64,000 bases of DNA from Salinispira sp. (GCA_965602015.1 OZ271918.1:2048001-2112000), one strand, 5' to 3'; shown: positions 1 to 9,407, numbered from the stretch's first letter. Numbers and translations are program-made. The notes: generated by a model not told the origin, from the letters alone.

Positions 1-201
1 CTGGACCGGGTGTTATTTGAAACCGATTCTCCTTTTTTAAGCCCGGTGCCTCTCAGAGGAAAGGTAAACGATCCGACTCATGTCAGGTATGTCTACGATT
101 TTTTTGCTGAACTTCGTGGATTAGAAAGTAAAGAACTAAAAGACCAGGTGCGCCGGAATTTTAATCGGGCAATACCTCGTTATGAGGCAATTGCAGGGTA
201 A
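1..201 (+). CDS. tatD: TatD-family hydrolase/DNase, C-terminal fragment (5' end outside window)
   Basis: LFETDSPFLSPVPLRGKVNDP matches the TatD C-terminal ETDxP-L-P-P-RG-N-P signature; frame is open from base 1. Confidence 0.85.
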   Translation: MDRVLFETDSPFLSPVPLRGKVNDPTHVRYVYDFFAELRGLESKELKDQVRRNFNRAIPRYEAIAG

Positions 202-1342
202 CCCGGGTGCCCTTTGTTACTGCTGAATCAATGCGAACCACTCCGCCGTGAGCTTCGACAATGGTTTTTACACTTACCATACCGAGACCTGTTCCGCCTT
301 TCTGCGAGCTGGAGTAAAACGGCTCGAAAATGTGGGCCAACACGTCCTCGCTCATACCGGTTCCGGTATCGGCAACGCTCAGTTCAAGGGATCCGTTTTC
401 CTGAACACCCCTGATGTGCAGATCGCCTCCCTCCGACATGGCTTTGCGCGCATTATCGCAGAGGTTTATCATCGCCCGAAGCAGGCGCTCTTCATCCACG
501 TAAAACGGGCGATTTCCCAGGTGTTCAATTTGTAAATTGATGCCGCTACCCTCGAGATTCTTCGTGAGGTACTGATTGAGCTTTTGGAAAATCATGGGGA
601 AGGAAGTAAACACCCAGTTGAGTCGCAATTCTCCTCGAGAGTAGTCGAGAAGCTCCTGGGCAAACTGATTCAGCCGGATAGTTTCCTGCACTATTTTTTG
701 CGAATACTCGCGGACCTGATCGGGCTCATCGTACAGAACCTGCATCATCTCGCCGTAACCTTTAATGACCGAAAGAGGGTTACGCAGGTCATGGATAATC
801 AGGCTTGAGAGCTTACCGAGGTTGGAAAAGCGCTCGCTTCGAATCAGCTCCTTTTGTGCGGCTTTGAGATCTACCAGGGCCTGTTGCAACTCCCTATTCT
901 GCTCGTTCAAGCTCTGAATAAAGCTGTCATTACTTTTTCGTATCATTCGGCTCAGGGCTCTGAGCACGGCAAACATTATGCTTGGATAAGTCTCTGCCAA
1001 GCGGTAAAAATCTTCCTTCCGCATATAGCGAAGAGTGCAATCGCTGGCGGCGATTACACTGGCGCTTCGGGGTTCATCATCAATGAGTGCCATCTCGCCA
1101 AAAATGCTTCCAGTGCCCTGCTCCGCCAGTTTAGCCCCGTCGTCATGACCGTGATTCTTCCAGATCTCGACTAATCCGGTCACAACGATGAACAATCGGT
1201 CGGCTGCCTCATTCTCGCTGAGAATGCAATCGCCTGCTCTATACTCGGCCTGTTTGAAGTAGGGTGATATTTTGGCAATTTCATGATCTTCAAGAACCTT
1301 GAAGAAATCTGAATTTTTTAGAAAGGCCTCGGTGTTTTTCAT
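161..1342 (-). CDS. Soluble cyclic-nucleotide-binding sensor histidine kinase
   Basis: cNMP cassette GEMALIDDEPRSASV; H-box HDLRNPL; N-box NLCDNA; G1 DTGTG; F-box FEPF; G2 GTGLG; no TM helix. Confidence 0.9.
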   Translation of the reverse strand: MKNTEAFLKNSDFFKVLEDHEIAKISPYFKQAEYRAGDCILSENEAADRLFIVVTGLVEIWKNHGHDDGAKLAEQGTGSIFGEMALIDDEPRSASVIAASDCTLRYMRKEDFYRLAETYPSIMFAVLRALSRMIRKSNDSFIQSLNEQNRELQQALVDLKAAQKELIRSERFSNLGKLSSLIIHDLRNPLSVIKGYGEMMQVLYDEPDQVREYSQKIVQETIRLNQFAQELLDYSRGELRLNWVFTSFPMIFQKLNQYLTKNLEGSGINLQIEHLGNRPFYVDEERLLRAMINLCDNARKAMSEGGDLHIRGVQENGSLELSVADTGTGMSEDVLAHIFEPFYSSSQKGGTGLGMVSVKTIVEAHGGVVRIDSAVTKGTRVTLQLPHNEVLPD

Positions 1343-1350
1343 GCCTGATC

Positions 1351-1380
1351 AGTGTAGTGCCTTAATCTCCGCATTGTAAA
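1351..1380 (-). promoter_or_regulatory. Putative sigma70 promoter of the kinase (near-leaderless)
   Basis: TTTACA-N18-TACACT ending 8 nt before the ATG at 1342; no SD. Confidence 0.45.
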
Positions 1381-1437
1381 GCGTATTTTTGCCGTCATTC
1401 GGGGTGTGACCTTGGAACATACATGCGGTAGTGGCAC

Positions 1438-1468
1438 AAAAAAAAACCGCCGGAAACCGGCGGTTTTT
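1438..1468 (-). terminator. Intrinsic (bidirectional-type) terminator after the flaA genes
   Basis: AAAAACCGCCGG-AAA-CCGGCGGTTTTT hairpin with A9/T5 flanks. Confidence 0.85.
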
Positions 1469-1487
1469 AACCTGTTCTGGCTGGTTC

Positions 1488-2189
1488 TTACCAACCGTCG
1501 TCCATATCGTCGGGATCCCGGTTATCTTCCGAAAAGAGATCGGTCCAAACCCGCAGATCATCGAGATATACATAATATGTTCCGATTGCTTCGAGCATGT
1601 TCGGCTCAATGGTAAAACCGACGATCTGAATTCCCTGCTGATTATTGTAATGAGGGTTTCGCTGCTCGACGGTCGGTGGAACTGCAACGGTCAGCCGCTT
1701 CCATCCGCTGAAATTAAGGGTTCCCATGGGAAGGGTTGAACGGCGGCCGAAGAAATCTTCAACGACAACGTTCAATCGGTGATTGAAGTTACGACCGACT
1801 ACCCACACCGAAATGGTTTTGGTTATTCCGGGAACCTGAAGGGGTCGGACCGGAGCGATGGAAATTGTGGTATTTCCTCTACGGAGAAAATCGACCCTGA
1901 CGCCAAGTACGAATTCATCGGGTTCTTCTATGCCCGCTTCTACCTCGGCTTCAATTGGCTCTTTAAGTAATGGTCCGCCTTCGAATCGCCGATGTGAGGC
2001 AAAGCCGTCGTCCAGCGGAATACTCACGGACCAAAAACCCGGATCTTCAAACTTCGAAACCGAAACTTCCTGGAGGGCTTGCTGGGCGCTGTCCACGCCG
2101 ATCTGCGAAGGCACCGGTTCGGTTGCCTGCGCAAAAATCGATCCGGCAAGCAGCAGCAGAACAATGTATGCGATAACTAAGCGCTTCAT
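1488..2189 (-). CDS. flaA: Flagellar filament outer-layer (sheath) protein FlaA
   Basis: Signal peptide; VLGVRVDF, KTISVWVVGRN, LNFSGWKRL and YYVYLDDL motifs of spirochete FlaA. Confidence 0.9.
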   Translation of the reverse strand: MKRLVIAYIVLLLLAGSIFAQATEPVPSQIGVDSAQQALQEVSVSKFEDPGFWSVSIPLDDGFASHRRFEGGPLLKEPIEAEVEAGIEEPDEFVLGVRVDFLRRGNTTISIAPVRPLQVPGITKTISVWVVGRNFNHRLNVVVEDFFGRRSTLPMGTLNFSGWKRLTVAVPPTVEQRNPHYNNQQGIQIVGFTIEPNMLEAIGTYYVYLDDLRVWTDLFSEDNRDPDDMDDGW

Positions 2190-2962
2190 CAGTTAACCCC
2201 CTGATTCCATAGTGCCTCGACCTCTTCGGGGTCGGAGAGCAGTTCGCCGTCGAAGGGCTGCATAAACACGTCGGTGAAAACCTTTATCTGGTCAAGGTAT
2301 ACGAAGAATCCGCTGACATTCTCATTCGGCGTGGTCCACAGTACAATTTTCACCAGCTCCAGGCCTTTCCGCTGGGGTACATAGGTAACGTTCTGGGGAA
2401 TCGCATTGGGAATGTTTACCATCAAATTCCGCCATCCGCGGTAATTGATGTCGTCCACCCTGATGACGTGACTAATGCCCCGGTAATCCTGGAGATGCAC
2501 TTCCACGTAGTAGTTATAATTAGAGCCCCAAACCCAGAAATCCATATTCTTTACGATACCGGGAATCGGTATTCCCTGGGGAACCGGATTGCCGTCCGCA
2601 TCGTCTTCATCCGCAACCGGAATGAATTCCAGGTAGTTGTAACCCTGCCGGTCAAAGGCAGCTTCAACACCCAGTGCCCGGGGAGTAACGCCCGGGGGAA
2701 CGGGATTGTTGCGGTTGTAAAGCGCTTCGGGATAGGTCTCCACCCACGCGAACCGCGGGTAGTCTTCTGTGATAAATTTACTTCCTCGAACAATCCATCG
2801 AAAGTTCTGTCTGGTACCGTAAATATCGGTGCCGGCAGGGTCATCGAACCGCTCAATTATACGAGACTGCAGATTCTCTGTATCATTTTGGGCGTACAGA
2901 TTTGAAGCAAGTAGAATTATCAGAGCCATCAGGCATAATGTGAGCACGCTGCCTCGTCTCAT
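2189..2962 (-). CDS. flaA: Flagellar filament outer-layer (sheath) protein FlaA
   Basis: Signal peptide; FDRQGYN, WVWGSNYNY, YRGWRNL, VYLDQIK motifs; its stop overlaps the start of the second flaA; SD AAAGGAG. Confidence 0.9.
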   Translation of the reverse strand: MRRGSVLTLCLMALIILLASNLYAQNDTENLQSRIIERFDDPAGTDIYGTRQNFRWIVRGSKFITEDYPRFAWVETYPEALYNRNNPVPPGVTPRALGVEAAFDRQGYNYLEFIPVADEDDADGNPVPQGIPIPGIVKNMDFWVWGSNYNYYVEVHLQDYRGISHVIRVDDINYRGWRNLMVNIPNAIPQNVTYVPQRKGLELVKIVLWTTPNENVSGFFVYLDQIKVFTDVFMQPFDGELLSDPEEVEALWNQGVN

Positions 2963-3066
2963 TCTCCACTCCTTTGAATGCTAATCGCGGACCCTCATAG
3001 TCCACGTCAAAAATTATATGTTGTCTCCCCCCCTGTGTCAAACATCGGACAGAGACGCACGTTTTA

Positions 3067-3094
3067 ATACTAATCATTTTATCGGCAAAATCAA
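3067..3094 (-). promoter_or_regulatory. Putative flaA promoter region with nested sigma70 and sigma28 elements
   Basis: TTGATT-N16-TAGTAT, with a perfect sigma28 -10 GCCGATAA (3079-3086) inside the spacer; no good sigma28 -35. Confidence 0.5.
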
Positions 3095-3118
3095 GGGAAC
3101 AGCCGGCGGGTTTTTTCG

Positions 3119-4105
3119 TTATTTGCTTTCGCTTGTGTCGAAGGGTAGCGCAATGTCTATTTTCCCCGCATTACGGTCGTCCTCTCCACGTTTTTCCTCT
3201 GTCAGCTGCAGCGATAGGGCATCAAACAGCAGAGAAAGGCGCAGGGGAAACCCTGCTGACACCCTACCCCCGACCGGCAGGTAGGGCGCAATGATATGTT
3301 CGACTATCCCGTTTTCAATTTCCGGAATAATCGCAAGGAGTTCCTCCGGGTTCAACAGCAGCACAATCCCATCACCAGCGGCCTCCACGGACCTTCGGCG
3401 AACATCGTCGACCACCGAACCCTGAAAATCGGGATTTTTTACATCGATCACCTCAAGCGTTGCAGCGGGAAGAGTCAACAGTTGTCTCGTAAGCATTGAC
3501 GCGGCAGGAGTCAGACCGCCATCCTCGGCCGCCTCATTTGATTCCCTATGCCCATCGCCGTAGCCCGCGAGAAATTCGAAATCAACATACATAGTCCAGC
3601 TGATGCCGGAAGATGAAAGGTAGCTATAAAAGCTGGAATCTTCCAAATCCGGATAAAAGCGCACATGAGACAGCCGGGGATCGGTTCGCAAGGGATCACC
3701 CACGTAGACGATGCGCGAACTCTCGTGAGCGATACTCAAAATTTCAGCAAGATACGGAAACCATGCAGGGGGCAGAAGAATGACCTGATTCGGCAATGTA
3801 ATCTGCGCGGGAAGGGTTTCAACGTCCAATTGTTCCGCCGGTCCGGGCAGCGGCAAGGGCCGTAATGTCAGGGAGAAACCGGACCGGCCTGCCGAACGGC
3901 TCAGGAACCTGCGGGGATTTTTAACGTCTTCGTTTATCTCTACAAAACGTTCCGTTGCGGGATCCATAACCATTAGCAGATCCTGCCGCGGCGCGCAGGA
4001 CCACAAGGCAACAAGGGTTAATAACAGAACTGCAAGGCCCTGCTCAGATGTGTGACTGGTTTTCCACGTTGCTCGACGTTTGTTTTTGAATATCCGGCTC
4101 ATCAA
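3119..4105 (-). CDS. Hypothetical lipoprotein
   Basis: 328-aa ORF; hydrophobic stretch ending in LWSC (lipobox-like); start uncertain. Confidence 0.6.
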   Translation of the reverse strand: MMSRIFKNKRRATWKTSHTSEQGLAVLLLTLVALWSCAPRQDLLMVMDPATERFVEINEDVKNPRRFLSRSAGRSGFSLTLRPLPLPGPAEQLDVETLPAQITLPNQVILLPPAWFPYLAEILSIAHESSRIVYVGDPLRTDPRLSHVRFYPDLEDSSFYSYLSSSGISWTMYVDFEFLAGYGDGHRESNEAAEDGGLTPAASMLTRQLLTLPAATLEVIDVKNPDFQGSVVDDVRRRSVEAAGDGIVLLLNPEELLAIIPEIENGIVEHIIAPYLPVGGRVSAGFPLRLSLLFDALSLQLTEEKRGEDDRNAGKIDIALPFDTSESK

Positions 4106-4108
4106 TGG

Positions 4109-4816
4109 CTATGAACCCGGCCGGTAAAAAAGCCTCATTATCGGTTTAATCCGACTCTCCAGGGACAGGCGATACTGAATATCTCCTTCAAGACGCGAGT
4201 AAAACCTGTCGGTTGCCGTCAGTACGCTGAGGATGCCTGCCGCCAATATCCACGCCCAGAAAGGCCGGATGAGTCCGTAGAGCATCTGTACACCCGGCGC
4301 CAGAATAAAAAGGATAATCAGCGAGCTGTACATCAGGAACTGCCAGGCCTTCTCAAAACGGGGAGAGCGCCAAATTGCCCGTGAAACCGTATGAACATAT
4401 AAAAGATGATACAGGGGAATAAAAAGAAGATTTATTTGATCCAGGCTCGTGATAAAAATAAAATACATGCCCAGGTTGTAGAGAATAAAAAAGCCCGAAA
4501 GTTGAGATTGCATAAGCATCAGTCCCCGCTCACCTTCTCTTTCAAAATCTGCCTTAGACCGCAATACGGTGAGAAGACTAAAGATAGTGGGAATGAGAAA
4601 GTACAGGAGGAAACTGTAGAGGTACAGAGAGAGGGGAGTTATGCGATAATCGGTAAACAAGCGCAAAAGCAGTACGATCACAAGGGGGAGCACCGCCCCA
4701 AGCATGCCGCGAATTACCCGTTTGCGAACCGGGATAAAGTCCTTGATCTGTTCCCGTCGACTATAAATAAGATGACCGAGGAACAAGGGAATGGAAAAGA
4801 GAAGAAATACCTGCAT
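4109..4816 (-). CDS. Hypothetical polytopic membrane protein
   Basis: About 7 hydrophobic segments from MQVFLLFS (ATG at 4816); the longer start would overlap the metX promoter. Confidence 0.7.
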   Translation of the reverse strand: MQVFLLFSIPLFLGHLIYSRREQIKDFIPVRKRVIRGMLGAVLPLVIVLLLRLFTDYRITPLSLYLYSFLLYFLIPTIFSLLTVLRSKADFEREGERGLMLMQSQLSGFFILYNLGMYFIFITSLDQINLLFIPLYHLLYVHTVSRAIWRSPRFEKAWQFLMYSSLIILFILAPGVQMLYGLIRPFWAWILAAGILSVLTATDRFYSRLEGDIQYRLSLESRIKPIMRLFYRPGS

Positions 4817-4886
4817 AATGTTCTGACAGAACCTACCACGGCTGGTCGGAACGAGGCAAGTGAGAAGGCTTTGTAACCGCGCCGTA

Positions 4887-4915
4887 TTGACAGCCCATTT
4901 CGGCGGACATACCAT
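4887..4915 (+). promoter_or_regulatory. sigma70 promoter of metXW
   Basis: TTGACA-N17-TACCAT. Confidence 0.7.
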
Positions 4916-4948
4916 CATAATTCCGAAGTGCGGGAAGCAGGAGAAACA

Positions 4949-6094
4949 GTGGATCAGCATAGAATGTCCGTCGGCCTGGTGGAAAGCCGGGAAGTGGTTT
5001 TTGATAGTTCAAAGGCTCTGCGCCTGGAAAGCGGTCAAGATTTCGGCCCCGTGCGGGTCACCTACGAAACCTACGGACGTCTCAATAGTGAAAAAACCAA
5101 TGCCATCTTAATCGTTCACGCATTTTCCGGGGATGCCCATGCAGCGGGATATCACGGAGATTCGGATAAAAAGCCGGGGTGGTGGGACAGTATGATCGGG
5201 CCGGGAAAGGCCTTCGATACCAGGCAGTATTTTGTCATCTGTTCCAACGTCCTCGGGGGCTGCATGGGCACAAGCGGTCCGAACAGCACCGATCCGGCGA
5301 CGGGAAAGCCCTACGCAATGGATTTCCCGGTAATCACCATTCAGGACATGGTAAAGCTGCAAAAAATGCTCATTGACCACCTGGGGATTGATAGCCTGCT
5401 GGCTGTCGCCGGCGGCTCCATGGGGGGGATGCAGGTTCTTGAATGGAGCATCGCGTACCCCGAAAGGCTGCGTACCGCCATCGTCATCGCCTCCACCGGC
5501 CGTCTGAGCGCCCAGGGAATCGCATTTAATGCGGTTGGACGAAACGCCATTATGTTCGATCCGAACTGGCAGCAGGGCAGGTACTACGACAGCGGCAGTT
5601 TTCCCCGGCAGGGATTGTCGATAGCCCGGATGATCGGTCACATCACCTATCTGTCCGAGGAATCAATGAGAATGAAATTCGGCCGTAAGCTTCAGACCAG
5701 GGAAGATTTTAATTTCGACTTCTCCGATCAGTTCCAGGTGGAAAGCTATCTTGAGTACCAGGGCGACCGTTTCGTGGAACGCTTCGACGCCAACTCATAT
5801 ATATATTTGAGCAAGGCGATGGATTACTATGATTTTTCCTCCCGTTTCGGCGGACTTGACCAGTCGCTGAGCAGAACACAATGTTCGTTCCTGGTCATCT
5901 CATACAGCAGCGACTGGCTGTTTCCCTCATATCAGTCCAAAGAACTGGTCTACGCCATGATGAGGCAGGGCCGGGACGTCTCGTATACCGAACTGGACAG
6001 CCCCTACGGCCACGATGCATTTCTCCTGGAAACCGGCCGTCAGGAGCTGATCGTCTCGAGTTTCCTCAAATCCGCCATGGAGGGCCGCCGATGA
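4949..6094 (+). CDS. metX: Homoserine O-acetyltransferase
   Basis: [18 protein letters not shown], nucleophile motif GGSMGG, FDANSY, GHDAFL; GTG start after SD AGGAG. Confidence 0.95.
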   Translation: MDQHRMSVGLVESREVVFDSSKALRLESGQDFGPVRVTYETYGRLNSEKTNAILIVHAFSGDAHAAGYHGDSDKKPGWWDSMIGPGKAFDTRQYFVICSNVLGGCMGTSGPNSTDPATGKPYAMDFPVITIQDMVKLQKMLIDHLGIDSLLAVAGGSMGGMQVLEWSIAYPERLRTAIVIASTGRLSAQGIAFNAVGRNAIMFDPNWQQGRYYDSGSFPRQGLSIARMIGHITYLSEESMRMKFGRKLQTREDFNFDFSDQFQVESYLEYQGDRFVERFDANSYIYLSKAMDYYDFSSRFGGLDQSLSRTQCSFLVISYSSDWLFPSYQSKELVYAMMRQGRDVSYTELDSPYGHDAFLLETGRQELIVSSFLKSAMEGRR

Positions 6095-6699
6095 GCAGCA
6101 TCAGCCACAGCCGTTTTAGCTACGAGGAAATCCTCAACCTGGTCAAGCCCGGCGCCTCGGTGCTCGATCTGGGCTGCGGCGACGGGGAACTCCTGCTTAT
6201 GTTGGAGGAGCGGCTCGGTTGCCGGGGGCGCGGGGTGGACAGACAGGAAGAAATGGTTCTGGCCTGCATCAGCAAGGGGCTTTCGGTTTTCCAGGGAGAT
6301 TTGGATGAGGGATTAAAAGACTACCCGAGCAAAAGCTACGACTATGTTATCCTCAATCAGACCCTACAGATGCTCCAGGAACCCCGTTTCCTTCTCCAGG
6401 AGATGATGAGGGTCGGCAGACACATTATTGTAAACTTTCCGAATTTCGGTCATTACATAAGCCGTCTGCAGCTGATGTTCGGGGGACGGATGCCCCAAAA
6501 CCGCCAGCTACCCATCCCCTGGTATGAAACGCCGAACATACACTTTTGCACCCGGAAGGACTTCGTCGATCTCTGCGATGAATTAAACCTCGCTATTGTG
6601 GACGAGATCGGTCTGGCCAGCAACGGGCGGAAAATACGCAGGGGCGGGAACCTCAGAGCGGCTCAGGTCTGCATGCTCCTGGAAGGAAAAAACGGCTAA
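6091..6699 (+). CDS. metW: Methionine biosynthesis protein MetW (SAM-binding)
   Basis: [39 protein letters not shown] overlap with metX. Confidence 0.92.
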   Translation: MSSISHSRFSYEEILNLVKPGASVLDLGCGDGELLLMLEERLGCRGRGVDRQEEMVLACISKGLSVFQGDLDEGLKDYPSKSYDYVILNQTLQMLQEPRFLLQEMMRVGRHIIVNFPNFGHYISRLQLMFGGRMPQNRQLPIPWYETPNIHFCTRKDFVDLCDELNLAIVDEIGLASNGRKIRRGGNLRAAQVCMLLEGKNG

Positions 6700-6743
6700 G
6701 TCGTTCCTATCGGATAATATAGATTGGAGAGCTCCGAGCCTAT

Positions 6744-6772
6744 TTGACCTTTTCCCGGCACAATGCTACATT
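6744..6772 (+). promoter_or_regulatory. sigma70 promoter of infC-rpmI-rplT
   Basis: TTGACC-N17-TACATT with extended -10 TG. Confidence 0.75.
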
Positions 6773-6848
6773 GTCAGCTCACAATCCGTATTCTCGGAGC
6801 CTCGGCTACTGGCATAGCCATGCTCCGCACAAACCAAAGGGAGGCATA

Positions 6849-7373
6849 TTGTCCGCAAAAAACCATCGAATTAACGAGCAGATCCGTGTCAGGGAAGTGC
6901 GCCTGATCGATGACGAGGGAGAACAGGCCGGAGTCGTTGCCACAGACAAGGCTCTTGAAATGGCAAAAGAGAAGGGTCTCGACCTGGTCGAGGTCGCGCC
7001 AAACGCCAAACCTCCGGTGTGCAAGCTTATTGATTACGGCAAGTACAAATACGAGATGGATAAAAAGAACCGGGAGTCTAAAAAAAATCAGACTCAGGTC
7101 AAGTTGAAAGAAATCCGTATGCAGCCGAAAATCGAGGGCCACGACCTGCAGTTCAAGACCAAGCACGTCCTGGAATTCCTTCAGGAAGGTAATAAATGCA
7201 AGGTCACCATACGGTTCCGCGGACGGGAGCTGGCCCACACGTACTTAGGAAAGGATGTACTGTTAAAGGTACTTGATATTCTGGGAGAAGAGAATTACAT
7301 CCTCGATCGCCCCCCCACCATGGAGGGACGTTTTATGAGCATGATTCTCAGCCCCCGGAAAAAAACAAAATAG
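6849..7373 (+). CDS. infC: Translation initiation factor IF-3
   Basis: [40 protein letters not shown]; non-ATG start (TTG at 6849 after GGGAGG). Confidence 0.95.
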   Translation: MSAKNHRINEQIRVREVRLIDDEGEQAGVVATDKALEMAKEKGLDLVEVAPNAKPPVCKLIDYGKYKYEMDKKNRESKKNQTQVKLKEIRMQPKIEGHDLQFKTKHVLEFLQEGNKCKVTIRFRGRELAHTYLGKDVLLKVLDILGEENYILDRPPTMEGRFMSMILSPRKKTK

Positions 7374-7383
7374 AGAGGGTATC

Positions 7384-7581
7384 ATGCCTAAAATGAAAAC
7401 CCGCAAAGCTGCGGCCAAGCGCTACACGGTGACCGCTACCGGTAAGGTTCGATACAAGAAGCAGGGTCTTCGACATATCCTTACCAAAAAGAGCACCAAG
7501 CGCAAACGAAAGCTCCGCAAAACCGGTATTCTCAGCCCCGCTGAGACCATGCGGGTGCGGAAACTCCTGCCCTACGGATAG
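7384..7581 (+). CDS. rpmI: 50S ribosomal protein L35
   Basis: [14 protein letters not shown]...HILTKKS; position in the infC operon. Confidence 0.97.
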   Translation: MPKMKTRKAAAKRYTVTATGKVRYKKQGLRHILTKKSTKRKRKLRKTGILSPAETMRVRKLLPYG

Positions 7582-7799
7582 TCCGCCGAGCAGGGGCAGG
7601 ACGGGGTATAACCCGTCGCCAGATTAACGGTCCGAAAGCAGGAAACGGACCGCGATGTAAAAATGCACCGGAATGTGTTTACTTATCGGCTATTCCGGTC
7701 GCCAGGTTCGAGGTTGACGGCATACCGAAGAACCGGCGTTTGTATTATTTCGAAACGGGGAAAGCAGCCTGCGGCTGAGCCCGAAACACAGGAGATCAA

Positions 7800-8153
7800 A
7801 TGCCAAGAGCAGTAGACGGAACCCGTCGCAAAACGCGGCGGAAAAAAGTATTAGATCAGACCAAGGGGTTCTGGGGCCGCCGGAGCACCCTGCACACCAC
7901 CGCGAAAGACGCCCTGAAGAAAAGTCTTCAGTACGCGTACAGGGACCGCAAGGTTAAAAAGCGGGAATTCCGCCAGTTGTGGATCGCCCGTATTTCGGCA
8001 GCGGTACGCGAAGAGGGCATGTCATATTCCCGTTTTATCAACGGGCTGAACAAAGCCAACGTGGAAATCAATAGAAAGGTTCTTTCCAACCTGGCCATCG
8101 AAGATCCCAAGGCATTCCAGGCCTTGGTTGAGCTGGCCAAAAAGAGCCTCTAA
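7800..8153 (+). CDS. rplT: 50S ribosomal protein L20
   Basis: YAYRDRKVKKREFRQLWIARI, NRKVLSNLAI. Confidence 0.97.
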   Translation: MPRAVDGTRRKTRRKKVLDQTKGFWGRRSTLHTTAKDALKKSLQYAYRDRKVKKREFRQLWIARISAAVREEGMSYSRFINGLNKANVEINRKVLSNLAIEDPKAFQALVELAKKSL

Positions 8154-8188
8154 GAATCATCTTTCCAGTACATTCCTTGAATTAATAT

Positions 8189-8220
8189 CTGCCCGGGGTT
8201 TGCCCGGGCAGTTTCGTTTT
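8189..8220 (+). terminator. Intrinsic terminator after rplT
   Basis: CTGCCCGGG-GTTTG-CCCGGGCAG followed by TTTCGTTTT. Confidence 0.8.
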
Positions 8221-8250
8221 AAAACACACACACGCAGAAATATCCTTTTA

Positions 8251-8279
8251 TGGACAGACCTTTGGCCAGAACGTATACT
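8251..8279 (+). promoter_or_regulatory. sigma70 promoter of zapB-zapA
   Basis: TGGACA-N17-TATACT. Confidence 0.7.
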
Positions 8280-8311
8280 GAAACGAGAACACAGCATACG
8301 GGGGGGGGGAA

Positions 8312-8989
8312 ATGATCCGCATTGACCAAATCAAAAAACTAGAAAGCAAGATACAGGAAGCGGTAGAACTACTCAGCCAATATCAGGAAGAAAACAAGCT
8401 GCTAAAAAGCCGCCTCAGCAACTATGAAGGGCGCATAGCCGAGCTGGAGAATCTCATCGATCAGTATCGGGATGAACAGGGAGAAATTGAGGAAGGAATT
8501 ATCAAAGCCCTTCAGCATTTGGACAGCCTTGAAAACGTGGTGGGATCAATTAAAAACGACGCGACGTCTGCCGCATTGGCTGAACAGGAAGCCGACGCCG
8601 TTCAGCGGGAAATCGAAGCCCGGGAAGCCGGAATTGACGGAGAAGATATCGCCGACACCGCGAAGGGAACCGAACAGCCTGATACGGCGAAGGATGAACC
8701 CGGCGACTCTGAACTGCCGTCGGATGAAGAAACTCCGGGCGGGGATGAATCAATGGGGGACTCGGCTCCGGAGAATCCCACTGACGACGGCGATGAGGAA
8801 ATCACAAACGAAGCCGGAGAAGAATCCTCGGACGAAGACGAGGGCTTCATGGATGAAGAAGAATCCCTTGATGAGGATAGCATCGACGACGCTCTGCAGG
8901 ATACCGATGACAATGAATTGGAAGATGACATCGAGATAGAAGATGAGGAAGATGATGAGGATAAAAGCGGTCAACTGGACATCTTTTAG
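8312..8989 (+). CDS. zapB: ZapB-like coiled-coil cell-division protein with long acidic tail
   Basis: LESKIQEAVELL...EENKLLK coiled coil; adjacent to zapA. Confidence 0.7.
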   Translation: MIRIDQIKKLESKIQEAVELLSQYQEENKLLKSRLSNYEGRIAELENLIDQYRDEQGEIEEGIIKALQHLDSLENVVGSIKNDATSAALAEQEADAVQREIEAREAGIDGEDIADTAKGTEQPDTAKDEPGDSELPSDEETPGGDESMGDSAPENPTDDGDEEITNEAGEESSDEDEGFMDEEESLDEDSIDDALQDTDDNELEDDIEIEDEEDDEDKSGQLDIF

Positions 8990-8998
8990 GCCCTCGTT

Positions 8999-9373
8999 AT
9001 GAAGGTCGATTTACTGGGAACCAGTTTTACCCTCCAATCCGATGAGTCACCCGAGTATCTGGATAAGGTGGTGGCGTTCTATTCTCAAAAACTCGAAGAA
9101 ATTCGCTCGAGCGTGGAAACCGAAGACCCGGTGAAGCTCGGGATACTCGCGGGCATCCTGGTAGCCGATGAGCTCTTTAAAACCCGCGAGCGGTCAGCCG
9201 AAGGTCTGGCAGAGGATTATCCCTCCCCTGCCCTTCAGTTTTCCCTTGAAGAACTTGACGAGGCCGAGCGCATTACCCTCGAACTCATCGACAGGATCGG
9301 GAACAGCATTGACCGGGCTACCCAGAATGCCGGAGAAAACGACAACGAGGTAAAACCGCCGGATAGCAATTGA
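8999..9373 (+). CDS. zapA: Cell division protein ZapA
   Basis: VDLLGTSFTL...EYLDKVVAF...ILAGILVADELF matches the ZapA pattern. Confidence 0.85.
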   Translation: MKVDLLGTSFTLQSDESPEYLDKVVAFYSQKLEEIRSSVETEDPVKLGILAGILVADELFKTRERSAEGLAEDYPSPALQFSLEELDEAERITLELIDRIGNSIDRATQNAGENDNEVKPPDSN

Positions 9374-9398
9374 CTGCAGGCAGGCGTATGACTATTAT
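9370..9398 (+). promoter_or_regulatory. sigma70 promoter of the plzA-like gene (near-leaderless)
   Basis: TTGACT-N17-TATTAT, 9 nt before the ATG; no SD. Confidence 0.65.
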
Positions 9399-9407
9399 TT
9401 CACACAC

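Noticed and set aside
4916..4948. SAM riboswitch or T-box upstream of metXW
   Set aside because: Leader from the predicted promoter is only about 30 nt and has no aptamer motifs
7683..7690. Minus-strand GCCGATAA sigma28 -10 element
   Set aside because: No -35 at the correct spacing and no downstream target
7663..7815. 50-aa ORF in the rpmI-rplT spacer
   Set aside because: No convincing SD, overlaps rplT out of frame, and has no protein-like features; RNA structure explains the spacer better
9374..9407. 6S RNA, often found after zapA
   Set aside because: Only 34 bp are available and they are occupied by a promoter
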